This document shows, one piece after another, positions 1 through 13,502 of a DNA stretch of 64,000 bases. Positions within the stretch are counted from its first letter, which is position 1; each line of letters starts with the position of its first letter. The DNA is from Eledone cirrhosa. Lineage: Eukaryota. The notes below the pieces were generated by a model. That model was not told where the DNA came from and did not search any database. It saw only the letters and a program-made list of their open reading frames with translations. The position numbers were made by a program, and so were the translations under genes. The DNA is taken from contig OZ024740.1 of the NCBI GenBank assembly GCA_964016885.1, positions 139,500,001 through 139,564,000 on the forward strand, given 5' to 3'.

Positions 1-1472
1 AGCGCTATGCTGCTGGCATCGCACCATACGGTCCCGCTCTGTGATTTGGGAACGTACCAGCGTCCCCGCACTGGGTCGTCGGCCTTCACCCTCCCCACGA
101 TCTCCTGCATCATGGCCACCGTCCTCTCTCCCACTCTGTCACTCCAAGTCACCCCTCCCGCTCGTCTCTTGACATAGCTGCATGCCGTCCGGAGCCACCC
201 AGCGATCGGGTAGTGACCCACCAGCTTTCCACACACCGAGAAAAGCTCCCGCCTATTCATACTTGGGCCCAGTTCCGGAACTTCGTTTCCCCTCTGGAAC
301 ACCAAAACGCCCGTCTTGTCTCGCCGTAGCCTAAGTCCTAGCGCGGCTCCTCCCTCCAATGCTTCTGATGGCTTCGCAGTCAGTCCATACCTCCGCAAAT
401 GGCTCGTGACCTCCGCCGTCGACACCACCGACTAGCCCACTAGGATGTCGTCAATATAGGAGTTAGTAGCCCTCTTTATCTTGTCGGCCCTCCCCAGAGC
501 GGTCTTGAGGACCGCCGCCATGATCTTCGGTGCGGAGCTCAGCCCGAAACCGAGCCTGGTCAGGCAATATCTCCGGCCCTTATACCTGACCAGCTGATAC
601 CGCCAGAGCTTCTCATCTATATGCAACTGCAAGTAAGCCGACTTTAGATCCACGATCGCTGAACCCCCCGTCATGCGTCTCCACTCACGCAGAGTTTCCC
701 CAGAGACATCCGTGACCTCGCCACCCGTGTGGCATGACACGTGCTCGTTCAGCTCCCGATAGTCCAGCACCGGCCTCACCTTGCTCTTCGTGGGTTGCAC
801 CACCGCCATCAACGGCAATACTCCGCACTTCACCTCCTCCTTCCAGGGAAGCAGTATGCCCTCTTCGATCCATCTCTCTACTTCTCGCTCGAACACGCTC
901 CTAGCGTTTCCCTTCAATGTGTGTTGATAGCAGCCCACTTTGGTCTTCAGTGTTGGTGGTTCTCCCTTCCAGTACCACTCAACAACCTATCGCTGCCCAT
1001 CAAACACGGCCTTGAAGTCTTTGTCCTGTACAGTGTAAACGGGGTATTCCTCCTCGTGTGCCTTCTGGTTCTCATGACGTGCACTCACAGCGCATACCGA
1101 TGCAGCGGCGCCAAACGACACACCGACATTGTTCACCGTGACGCCCCCTAGACGGCCAATCGCGTCCATGCCCATAACCACGCCGATCCCATCCACCACA
1201 CTGTCTACCACGATGGCGGAAAGCCTTATCCTCCTTCCCCGTACCGCTAATTCCATCTCGCTGCGACCTCGGCATTCAATTTTCCTGCCGTCGATTGCCC
1301 TTACGCTGCTCTTCCCTCCCCACCTCTGCGCCACCCCCGCGGTCACCAGTGTCGTCGTACAGCCCGTATCCACGAGGGCTCCTTGTGGCTTCCCCCTCAC
1401 GAAGACTTCCACCACGGGCAGCGCCGCTACTCGTAAGGGGCAACTACCGGCGCAGTAGTTCCCCTTGGATCG
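1..1472 (-). pseudogene. pol: Gypsy pol (PR-RT-RNase H) in the -1 frame relative to gag, with two in-frame TAG stops
   Basis: ORFs 987..1415 and 432..938 share one frame and are separated by TAG at 987-989 and 432-434. The frame continues to WCDASSIA at the window edge. Confidence 0.88.
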
Positions 1473-1478
1473 TTTCCC
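1421..1478 (-). promoter_or_regulatory. Programmed -1 ribosomal frameshift signal (G GGA AAC heptamer plus H-type pseudoknot)
   Basis: Heptamer at 1478-1472 in the gag frame, then a 5-nt spacer. Stem 1 is AAGGGGAACTAC/GTAGTTGCCCCTT; loop GCGCCG can pair with downstream CGGCGC (1426-1421). Confidence 0.85.
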
Positions 1479-2188
1479 TGGTCGCAGTTAGTAGCGATGT
1501 GGCCTGGTCGCTTACACCGGTAGCAAATTATCTCCGGCTTCGACTCTCTACAGTCTCTAGCCATGTGCGGGCCCTGGCACCGAAAACAGTGCCCTCTAAA
1601 CGCACGCGGACGGCCGCGTGCCGAGGTTGCCTCCCTTTCACCATTTCGCTGCCAGGTGTCCTGAGCCTCCGTAGTCGCTATCGCCGCAACACTCTTTTTG
1701 GCATCTTCCGCTATGATCCGGGCTTGATCCACCAGTGAACGCATTTCCATCTCTTTATAACCCGGGACTTGCTGCAGTTTCACCGCTATTTCGTCCGGAA
1801 ATCCATTGATGAACGCCAACCGCACCGTACGTTCGCATTCCGCCTGGTAACCGGCCAGCATAGCCAACCGGCGTATTTCCGCTGCGAAAATGTCGACGCG
1901 CTCACCATTCCACCTGATTCTCGCCAGCTTAGCAAAAGCCGCCAACGGTCCCTCGGCGAATGCATCCATCAGACGCCTCTCAATCTTCTGCACATCTCTT
2001 TGGCTGTGCTCGTCCAACTCAAGGAAGAGTACCAACGCGTCGCCCTCGAGGTACAATGCCATGAGGCCGGCCACGTCCTCTATCTTCTGCAAGCTTGCGA
2101 CCAGCCGAACCTTCCGCAGCCAAGCGACAACATCACCTTCCCCGGTGAATGCCCTGATAGCTTCGTTCATCCGTAGTCTTGTCGCCAT
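1427..2188 (-). CDS. gag: Gypsy Gag (253 aa, intact)
   Basis: Zinc knuckles CFRCQGPHMARDC and CYRCKRPGHIATNC; FTGEGDVVAWL capsid-like N-terminus. Confidence 0.9.
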   Translation of the reverse strand: MATRLRMNEAIRAFTGEGDVVAWLRKVRLVASLQKIEDVAGLMALYLEGDALVLFLELDEHSQRDVQKIERRLMDAFAEGPLAAFAKLARIRWNGERVDIFAAEIRRLAMLAGYQAECERTVRLAFINGFPDEIAVKLQQVPGYKEMEMRSLVDQARIIAEDAKKSVAAIATTEAQDTWQRNGEREATSARGRPRAFRGHCFRCQGPHMARDCRESKPEIICYRCKRPGHIATNCDQGNDPRGTTAPVVAPYE

Positions 2189-2258
2189 CTTCTGATTTGT
2201 CTTGCGGCAAGTGTTTTTTTTTTTTTTTTTTTTTTTTTTTTCAGTCGCCGAAATAGCT

Positions 2259-2504
2259 TGAGGTTAGAAAAAGCTATCTCACTTACCGCTTTTCACAGGC
2301 GCCGCTAAATTCCACTGCAGGTACTCCTCTTCCACGTGCGTCCAACTGCTTAACACCGGGAGCTGCCCAAACTCGCGTCCACACCGTGTGCTGGTCACCA
2401 CTAGAGAGAGGCCCTCTGCTGGCCCTTCCGGTCGAGCATCCTTCCGGCCCAAAACCCCTTCCGGTCGAGCACTCCCCCGCCTCCGGCCACCGCACGCCAC
2501 AACA
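2259..2504 (-). repeat. Putative 5' LTR of the gypsy element
   Basis: TG...CA bounded GC-rich segment upstream of gag with the internal direct repeat TGCTCGACCGGAAGG. The 3' LTR is outside the window, so the inner boundary is unverified. Confidence 0.5.
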
Positions 2505-2559
2505 GCATTATCATTAAAGGACTTTAACATCTGAAACCACTTTGATCTGAAACCTCAAA

Positions 2560-2690
2560 GAAGGTGTGGTAACATACCAGGTGGACCATAACGCACCAGA
2601 GTACTCGATACTTAGGGTAGTAGAGTGGGTAATAGGAAAAGAGTCAGGACCCCGCCGGCTGAGCTCCGGCCGTTTCGACAGCAAGATCCG
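2560..2690 (-). repeat. Dispersed repeat, same family as 15436-15621
   Basis: Reverse complement of 15487-15610 (CACCAGAGTACTCGATACTT...CAGGACC...GGCTGAGCTCCGG). Confidence 0.7.
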
Positions 2691-2709
2691 TTCAATACAT
2701 TCATTAAAT

Positions 2710-3668
<959 letters not shown>

Positions 3669-3971
3669 CGTAATAAGAGATTTAGAGATGCGAATCCGAT
3701 TTACTCCAAACATATTTGAAATAGAATTTTTCAAAAAAGAACAATGGCTGATAGCTGGTCTTTTATTTGAAAAGATATCATAAGAATCTTAAGCAGGTCA
3801 CTCAGACATCAACATTTTGTGTATAATTTCAGCAGACATATTATATTGTCTTAAAGATATGGAATGTCAGACAATTTCAGAATCCCATCATTACTTGATA
3901 GATGTGTTTTGTGATGATTGTTCTATGTCCTTCAGTAATATAAAACACAAAATAAAGTCAAGAATTGTAAC

Positions 3972-4025
<54 letters not shown>

Positions 4026-4749
4026 GATATCTTTCACACACATACTCTCTTTCTACCTTACTTATTCTCTATCTAGTTTATATCACACCGTTTCTTTGCG
4101 TCCTCTATTTCCGCATCCTTAATCCTAATCCCAGCGAAACCGCAAACTCCCCTCTGGTCCCTTTTCACACCGTTTTAAACTCCTATCCCCTCACAATCCT
4201 TCATACCATACATTGTTTATTCATAAACAGCTTTCACCATTTCCTCAAGCCAGTTCTCCGTTAACATTCCTCATCCCACTTCATGTGCTGCCATATTGCT
4301 TTTGTTAAGCATCACCATAACCCAATACTACTAAACACATGCAAACACATAACTAAACCCTTACACATGTATTCACACATATTTACATCAATGTATATAG
4401 ACGACTGTTTACATATTAATACATAAATAAATGCATATACATACACTCATTGATTCATATATACACACAGATACATACATGCATACATACATAAATAGAT
4501 ACATACACACATACATACATACACACATACATACATACATACATACATACAAACATCCATGCAAACATACATATATACATACAAACATACATACAAACAT
4601 AAATACATACATACATATATACAAATATACATACATTCATACACACATAAAATTCATATTAATATCATACGAGACCCTATAAAGCAATTCCTTGTTAATA
4701 ACATTAAGTTAAATCCATCAAAACTGCGAAAATGAGACAACCACCCGCG

Positions 4750-4766
4750 ACAACAACAACAACAAT

Positions 4767-4797
<31 letters not shown>

Positions 4798-5890
4798 ACA
4801 GCAACATCATCGACAACAACGATATTAGCAGCAACATTGATTGCAAACAACATTAACAACAACAACGTTAACAGCAACATCAACATTGAAGATAACAATA
4901 ACAACAACAACTGCAAAAGCAACACAACATCACCAACGTTGACCATAACAAATTTGGCAACAACTACTACAACAACAACACTAATATTAACATTTACAAC
5001 AACAACAACGGCAGCTACAATAACAATAGCAACAACAGTAGCAATTACTAATACGACGAAATAGGAATAGAAAACGAGATCAAAGTGAAAAACATGACCC
5101 TTAGCACCAACTACAACAATAACTACAGCAACTGTATCATCAATAACAACAACAATAGCAACAACAGTAACAACAACAACAATAACAGTAATAACAAGAA
5201 TAAAATCACCTTCGGCAACAACAGTAACAACAACAATAACAGTGGAACGAAAAATAGCAATAACATCTTTTTTTAACTTTTTCAATTTATTTAAGAATGT
5301 ATCCCGGATTACTGAAGAATGTGTTTGATAATTCCACCGATAGCAACATTAGGGTGAACAACAGCAATAGTTATAGTTTTAACAACAGTATCAGCAACAA
5401 TAACAATAGATGTGACAGCTATAACAACAATAACAACAATAGCAGCAGTAGCACCGTCATTATTATCGCCAACCGGTGGATTGGCAGTATCGGTAGAGTG
5501 TCGGACGTCATGCTTTGTGTTCTGAGTTCAAATCCCGCTGAGTTCAAATTGCCTTGCATCCTTACGGGGTCGATAAAGTACCAGTAACGCACTGGGGTCG
5601 ATTTAATCCACATTTTCCTACAAAATTGTTAGCCTTGTGTCTAAATCAGAAAGAATTATCATCAACACCACCAACATCATTATCAAAAGCAATAACAACA
5701 GCAACTGTAACTCCAGAACCCTCAGCATCAACAACAGCAGCACAATAATCAACAACAGCTGTAGAAGCAGTACCATTATCATCATCATAAACAATAACAA
5801 CAACATCAGCACCATTATCAACAACAACTGCTGAATTATCAACAATAACAGCCTTTGTCAATACTATAAATAAGCACCATCATCAATAAT
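4750..5890. repeat. (AAC)n-derived low-complexity region
   Basis: Degenerate AAC/AGC/AAT repeats; the poly-T, poly-N and poly-V ORFs here are artefacts. Confidence 0.85.
5473..5660 (+). mobile_element. tRNA-derived SINE (family S1, Nin/Deu-like core)
   Basis: GGATTGGCAGTATCGGTAGAG A-box region, GAGTTCAAATCCC B-box, and CATCCTTACGGGGTCGATAAA..GTACCAG core. Confidence 0.8.
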
Positions 5891-5916
5891 AAATAGCTTC
5901 TAATCTAGACTCGAAG

Positions 5917-6094
5917 CTGACCTGCCAACCTCTAAAAACCAAAGCGGGGAGTACCATGAAAAGAAGAGCCCCAAAACGGGGAGATCTTACATAATGAAAA
6001 TATACCCATTTTCACAAGAGAAAACATCACTCACCCACCCACCCTTAAGTGAGTGAGAGATCTCCCCGTCGGACGGGGAAAGTTGACAGGTCTG
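5917..6094. mobile_element. MITE-like element with 13-bp imperfect TIRs
   Basis: CTGACCTGCCAAC...GTTGACAGGTCTG; no clean TSD seen. Confidence 0.5.
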
Positions 6095-6400
6095 TCAAGG
6101 TCAGCAATGGATGAGGGAGTTGATTATATCAACCCAGTATTTCACTGGTACTTCATTTTATTGACCCCGGAAAGATGTAAGGAAATTGTTCTCAACGGAA
6201 TATGGATGCCGCAATGCATTTTGTCCGGTGCTCTAACGATTCTATCACTCCAACACCCTATTGATCTCTAATATAGGCACAAGGCCAGCAATATGGTGGA
6301 AGATGAATACTGATTATATTGATCCAGTTTGACTGATACATTATTTTCTCGACGTCGGAAGGATCAGGCAAACTCAACCTCGGTAAAATTTGAACTCAGA
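6095..6400 (-). mobile_element. Two decayed S1 SINE copies
   Basis: Reverse-complement motifs CTGGTACTT..TTGACCCC, GGCACAAGGCCAGCAAT and TTTGAACTCAGA. Confidence 0.6.
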
Positions 6401-6482
6401 ATTTAAAGGACTATTGTCCTTTCAAAGCATTTTGTTCGACGCTCCACCAATTCCAACAATAATTACTACTACTACTACTACA

Positions 6483-6535
<53 letters not shown>

Positions 6536-7005
6536 ATTGGAATGCAGACACTACATTCAGAAATACACAATCACCTTCTCTAGAAACAGTTAAAAATACA
6601 TGCAAGAGAAACAAAAGAATCTTTTTTTTAAAACGGCGTCAATGAAACAATCTATTTTTAAATCTCTCCAGTTAAATTTAATATTATTTAATCTATTACA
6701 CCACCATACACCTTACATAACAATTCAATCTCTATCTCTTCTTTTTTCTCCCCTCCTCTCTTTCACCTCTGCCTCTTTTCCCCTTTTTTTTTGTCTCTCA
6801 CTCTCATTTTATCACATCATCTTGTATTTCATTTACATATTCAATGTCTATGTATTGGTCTATAAATATTGTAAGAGAGAGAGGGTGAGGTAGATAAGAT
6901 AGACAAGCAGACAGAGAGCATAAAGTCAAATATATAGATAGGTTCATACATAGGTAACTATAGATATCTGAATGCAAGTGAGTTTATGTCAGCATGCACA
7001 CACAA

Positions 7006-7145
<140 letters not shown>

Positions 7146-8204
7146 CGTCCAAAACAATCTCTTCTTTGTCCTTAGCAAAATATCAGCTCCAGTTTGTTTG
7201 GTTGTTGCTATTTTTGTATAATACCGTAATCGTTTTATTATTAGTTTCTATAAATTAATGTATGGCCGAAGGGTTGGGGATAACGGTTAACCACTTTAAG
7301 AGTTTGCTGGCTCTTATTTTCTCATTTAAGTGACAGAATCATTTGAATAATGGTTAGAATGCACTGCGATATTTGTTCCGCATCTCTTTGTTCAGCGTTC
7401 AATCACGCTGAAGTCAACTTTGTTTTTCATCCTTTTGAGTTCGATAAAGGAAATGCCTGTTCAGTTTTTCGGTCGATTCAGTCTGGAAAAACATCGGCTG
7501 TAAACTGAAAAGGGACTCAGATGGAAGACTGAAAAAAGACGCTGACCCCACATCAACAAAATCTGATAATGCGGGCTCTGAAGCACTGATAGGTAGCTGA
7601 CATTGAAGAACCCATTAGGTCTTAATGCCTGCTTTAGTGCCAGAAGTTAACTATGAAAACCTTATCTGCATTGCATAAAATTCCTACATTGTTTCTGGCC
7701 TTTACATAAGCAGATGCCCACCACACACGAGGAGCGACCCACCCAGCACTAATCGCATAGCTGCTACAATAATGGATATCGAGTGATTATTCAAGTTTAA
7801 TATCAGACAAAAATCAAATGCATTCGACACCAAAATAATTCTCCCTAATGTTGCCTCCCTTGGATCAGAGAAAAATATTTTCCAAAGGACATTTTCAAAA
7901 TGATTCAGTTGCGGAAGTAAACAAGATCCTGGAATCATATATATTTTTCATAAGGGCGGAAGGTTGGTGGGGGCGCATGAGATTAATCTGATACGACTAA
8001 TTGTGTACCATCATGAAACTCTGAGTACCCATGAAAACATGGTTATTGTATTTTAGAGTCCGAAACCTTAAGACTTTCCCTTCAATATTAAGAGTGAAAC
8101 TAATATATATCTTCATTGAACTTTATCGTGTGCTGATCTTTGTGTATGGCTCCTAATATATCCCTTCAATATACTGCACCGATTGTGTTGTTATTTCTGT
8201 TTAC

Positions 8205-8329
<125 letters not shown>

Positions 8330-8891
8330 GAGGGAGGGAGAAAGAGAGAGGGGGAGCGAGAGAAAAAAAGGGAGAGAGAGAACTCCGATGGCAGTGAACA
8401 TTTTACAACATTTGAGCCTCCTCTTTGTCGTATTTATTGTTACAAAAATTCTAAATAAAAATGTGAGAATGTCTTTCACATAACAGAGCGTTTGCATGGC
8501 AGACGGTCAAAAAGGTTACAGAGTCGTTATAATATAGATTCAGATGTCATTAACGGTACACAACACCACTTGATATAAATGACACGACGGTATATGTGTA
8601 AAACTGCTTCCGGTCTGAATCGTACAATGATGCAAAGTTATAAAACAGCACGTTTTCTTACAAAGATGAGAAATATACAGGTTTGTTAATGGACAAAGCA
8701 TGCGGGAGATTATAACATTAATAAAATTACAGTTGACATCAATGTATTTGTTGTTGAAAGTGTATTTTTACATGTTTGCGTTTAACCGAATCATTGCAGT
8801 CATTTGTGTTACACATTGGTTGGCATAAAAGTTCATTGTCACACGTGCTAGCAGATAATTGGAGTAAACATAAAAGTATGTGTTGTAATCT

Positions 8892-8928
<37 letters not shown>

Positions 8929-9252
8929 AAGAGGGAGAGAGATTATGGTGAATTGATCTCTGATTCATCTTAACGTGTCTTCAGAGAAAGATAAGATTAT
9001 ACGTGTGTGTAGGTTTGAATTTGTTACGTGACATCACTCCAACGCAAATCACGTTCTTTAAACGATGGTATTCACCTATGAATGCGTGTACGCGCCTGTG
9101 TCAAATAAGTGATTGCATGTATGCGCCTTTGTGTTAATTTTATGCATTTGCTTGCGACTATATTTTGAATATATATTAACTCTTATTTCATATCTATATG
9201 TACGTAACGTTTTCTATGATTGTGCAAGTTTTATATACGTTTACATATAAAT

Positions 9253-9316
<64 letters not shown>

Positions 9317-9694
9317 CAAATTTGTGTGCATATGTGTATGTGTGTTTCTTTGTATGTGTAATTAACAGGAATTGTTTGGGATTTCAAAAATGTATTAACA
9401 TATTACATAAGAAATTTCAAAAATTCATTAGAAAAGAAAATTATGACTGGAAATTTCCAATTATAAAAACATTGCTTGTTAACCTTTTCATAGCGGTATT
9501 TCTAATGAAAAATGGTGCCTGTGATTTCATAATATATCTAACTTCATTATCAGGCTGTTGACCTTGCAAACACTCTGACATAGATAAATATAAAGATCTT
9601 AAAATATACTCATTTGTATCATATAATTCAACCATGCAGTTTGGTATCAAAATAACTAAATGTTAACGCTACTCACACACATACACACAAATAT

Positions 9695-9768
<74 letters not shown>

Positions 9769-9770
9769 AC

Positions 9771-9830
<60 letters not shown>

Positions 9831-10111
9831 ACGTGTCATTGTTATATGTATATTTGTCTGTGGTTGTTGTATGAGTTTGTGTTTTTATGTGTTTCAGCGT
9901 GTGAATGCATGTTTGTAACTATTTCCCCACTCTCTCTCATTGTATATATGTATATATGTGTATATATGTGTGTGTATGTATGTATTTATTATTATTCCTT
10001 ACATTAAACTATAATTACACTCCTTATTCCTTACATTAAACTGCAACTATGTTGACAATCTTTAAATAATGTCTTCCTTGTGAAATTTGTGGACTTGTTT
10101 TTCTTAACTAA

Positions 10112-10221
<110 letters not shown>

Positions 10222-10286
10222 TGTGTGTGTGTGTGTGTGTGTGTATTTATACATATTTATGCATATATATAGAGAGAGAAAATGAT

Positions 10287-10334
<48 letters not shown>

Positions 10335-11882
10335 GTGTGGAGGCCTACGCATATTGCCTCAGGAATTCCCTAGAAAACAACTAACAACAGCGACTTTCCT
10401 CGGCTTCGTTAAGGGTCAGTAAGGTAATGAGGACGACATATGTGCGTAGGAAAGAAACCTTAAATATATAAGAATCGTTGCCCAGGGCTGTTGAGAAATA
10501 TCAGCGTTTTGACAGATAGAGACTAGAGAAGAGAAGATAGAACGTCTTCTGTCGTGTAGCTAAAGTCTTCCCTCCTTTACTATAGCCACACAGCACTGTA
10601 TCAATAATCATTATGTCTCTTATATTAACACTAGGTCAGGCATTTATATTTCCAGCAGCAGTATATGATTAACACTCATTTTATCAACTCCACGGAAAAG
10701 ACGAAAGAAAATTAATGCAGTTCTCAAAGGAATATCGAGATTTTCCTTAGCATACTAACATTTCTTTGAAGGCTTGTGGTTTAGTGTCTCGGTTGGTGGG
10801 CTTACGATCATAAAGTTGTGAGTTCGATACTACTTGAAAAAAACACTATATTTCACGTTGGTTCCGCCTATTTAGTATGGCCCTGTCGTCATGATTGTGC
10901 TCTGAGCAAATCGATATCGAAACAATTGAAATATGTCAATAAATTTTGTACATATGCTGCAGCACTGACTTTGATTCTTCTTAATCCATTTACTATAGTC
11001 GACTTAACCTTAGAATATAACGCAAACGAGACGGACCTCGCAACAGCATTGAGTGCTTCGAACGGCACACAGCCTGTAACTGTTATTACACACCTAACTA
11101 ACATGTATATCTGTATATATATAACTACGAAGTTTTCTGTATGTGGGTGTATGTGTGTGTGGACAATTTTAAATGAGGGCTCATATATTCTAAACCATTC
11201 ATGCGATTTCTTTGAAAGTTTTTACAGAGCTTCTCCGTGCATAAAACCTTACAGAGCTTCTCCGTGCATAAAGCTTTCAAATATCGATATTGGGGCCTTT
11301 GGAGACATTAAAAAAGTTTCGGTTATTTGTGTGAATTTTCGAGATTAAGTAAGACAAGAGTTATCTTTAAGTAAGACAAGAGTTATCTTTCGTAATTCGG
11401 CTCATTCGGATTTTAATCTACTCTTTGTACTTGAAACAAAAAGTACGCTTCCTTGAGACTAACAATATCATTTTGTATATTTCACAACCAGCAATTTCTA
11501 ACAGATTACTAAGTTAAGTTATAGATTTGACATTGTATAATTTATCGTTTCAAGCTTGATATTCATACATTAAGTGATGTCATAACTTTTACAATATTAT
11601 GCTTTGTACATAATAGTGTCTATTATTCACTTCACTTCTCTATTTCATGATGCGCTTTTACTGTTGTCAAAAAAATGTATACCTAGACTGGATTTATGTT
11701 GTTACATGGTATAACGGATGACACCGAGCTCACATATTAATTATTTCGCTGGAATAGTGCCTAAGGTTTTCATGTTTACATAAAGTACGTTTTTCTTCTA
11801 TGCATTCAATTTTTCTTTGTTTAGTTTAATGAGCTACATCGAAAGCTACTTGAACGGTCCAAAGGACGTGTAGTTTAGCTAG

Positions 11883-11992
<110 letters not shown>

Positions 11993-12053
11993 CGTGTGTG
12001 TGTGTGTGTGCGCGTGCGCACACATTTATATATATATGCAGACACACACACAC

Positions 12054-12099
<46 letters not shown>

Positions 12100-12381
12100 C
12101 GACAGACAACCTTTCCCCCCCCCCCGGAACCCCCCCCCCCAGTTGATGGATGTGAATCCGAAATATATAGGGACAATTAAATCTCTCCGAAGGTAACTCT
12201 CTCTCGTGTTGTTATTTTTTATTTTTATCCTTTATGCTCTTTCCTTCATTCCTCTACACGTCTTATACACGCCACGCATCTCAACGTTCACCCACTTACA
12301 CCTCTCTCTCCACCACCGGATCTTGTTACGCGGAGATTTACCCATTTGCATTGTCGAGGCTTCCAAACGACTTAAAGAAAT

Positions 12382-12563
<182 letters not shown>

Positions 12564-12923
12564 GCATGTATGTATTTATGTATGTTATTTATGTATAATA
12601 TCAGACACGACTGAGTCTTCTCTGATGATTCTGCAAGTCGCAGGTGAAACACCAGTTTTCCAAAGCTCACTACTTAGATAACTTACATGAATATTTTAAC
12701 TCTACTTTGCTATTGTGTCCTTTTTCTCAGGTCCGTCTATAATACACAGATATGGCTTTACTGGGACTCTACCGGTCGGTCACTTCATACAAGCTACTCT
12801 ATATGTATATGCTTGTCTGAATTAGATTTAATTCACCGATCTTATCATTGAGATGTTCTGTATATTGGTGACAAATAACAAATAACAATATCTCTTCCCC
12901 TCTCTCTCTCTCTCTCTCTCTCT

Positions 12924-13031
<108 letters not shown>

Positions 13032-13083
13032 ATATATACATATAAATATGTATATATATATGTATAAATATGTATACATATAA

Positions 13084-13131
<48 letters not shown>

Positions 13132-13135
13132 ATAA

Positions 13136-13366
13136 TATGGCTTGGGATTTAGTCCACACTAGCTTTTTTCCATCCACTGAATTATTTTTGTATTTGATCC
13201 CTGTGTCCGCGAATCGCCAGGAATCTTAGCCGAGAATGACTCCCTGGTGAAGAAAGGATTCTCCATAGTCTCCATTTGGAGAATATTTATATCCCCTTTC
13301 AGAAACTAATTAGTTGGAGTGAAATTTAAGTAAGTGAGTTAATTACTATAATTTTCTTATTTTACG

Positions 13367-13372
<6 letters not shown>
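13136..13372 (+). mobile_element. (TA)n-flanked non-coding element (family H1), probable Penelope-like 3' end
   Basis: A homologous copy lies in the opposite orientation at 31858-32092. Contains a hammerhead motif. Confidence 0.65.
13240..13319 (+). ncRNA. Type I hammerhead ribozyme-like motif with long stem II (core position 6 mutated)
   Basis: CTCC-CTGGTGA-a-GAAAGG...CCTTTC-a-GAAA-CTAATTAG-TT-GGAG. Stem I is CTCC/GGAG and stem III is palindromic. Confidence 0.6.
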
Positions 13373-13412
<40 letters not shown>

Positions 13413-13448
13413 CGTAAAATAAGAAAATTATAGTAATTAACTCATATA

Positions 13449-13502
<54 letters not shown>

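Larger units (their letters stand above)
1..2504 (-). mobile_element. Ty3/gypsy LTR retrotransposon, 5' part (putative 5' LTR, gag, protease, RT, start of RNase H); continues off the left edge
   Basis: Domain order on the minus strand: gag with two CCHC knuckles, LVDTGC protease, DYRELN/VDLKSAYLQL/YIDD RT, WCDAS RNase H. The GC-rich block starts with TGTTG at 2504. Confidence 0.93.

Noticed and set aside
741-2195. Plus-strand ORFs antisense to gypsy gag/pol, and antisense ORFs over the LINEs
   Set aside because: Shadow ORFs of GC-rich coding sequence.
2247-2258. tRNA-Phe gene
   Set aside because: Only 12 nt match and there is no cloverleaf.
4704-5285. Val-rich 193-aa ORF and Thr/Asn-rich ORFs
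   Set aside because: Products of degenerate (AAC)n, which is open in several frames.
11220-11390. Short direct duplications (TTACAGAGCTTCTCCGTGCATAAA x2; TAAGTAAGACAAGAGTTATCTT x2)
   Set aside because: Ordinary local slippage duplications with no further structure.
12622-12660. Hammerhead core CTGATGA-tTCTGC..GCAGGt-GAAAC
   Set aside because: Stem I cannot form; counted only as a degenerate relic.
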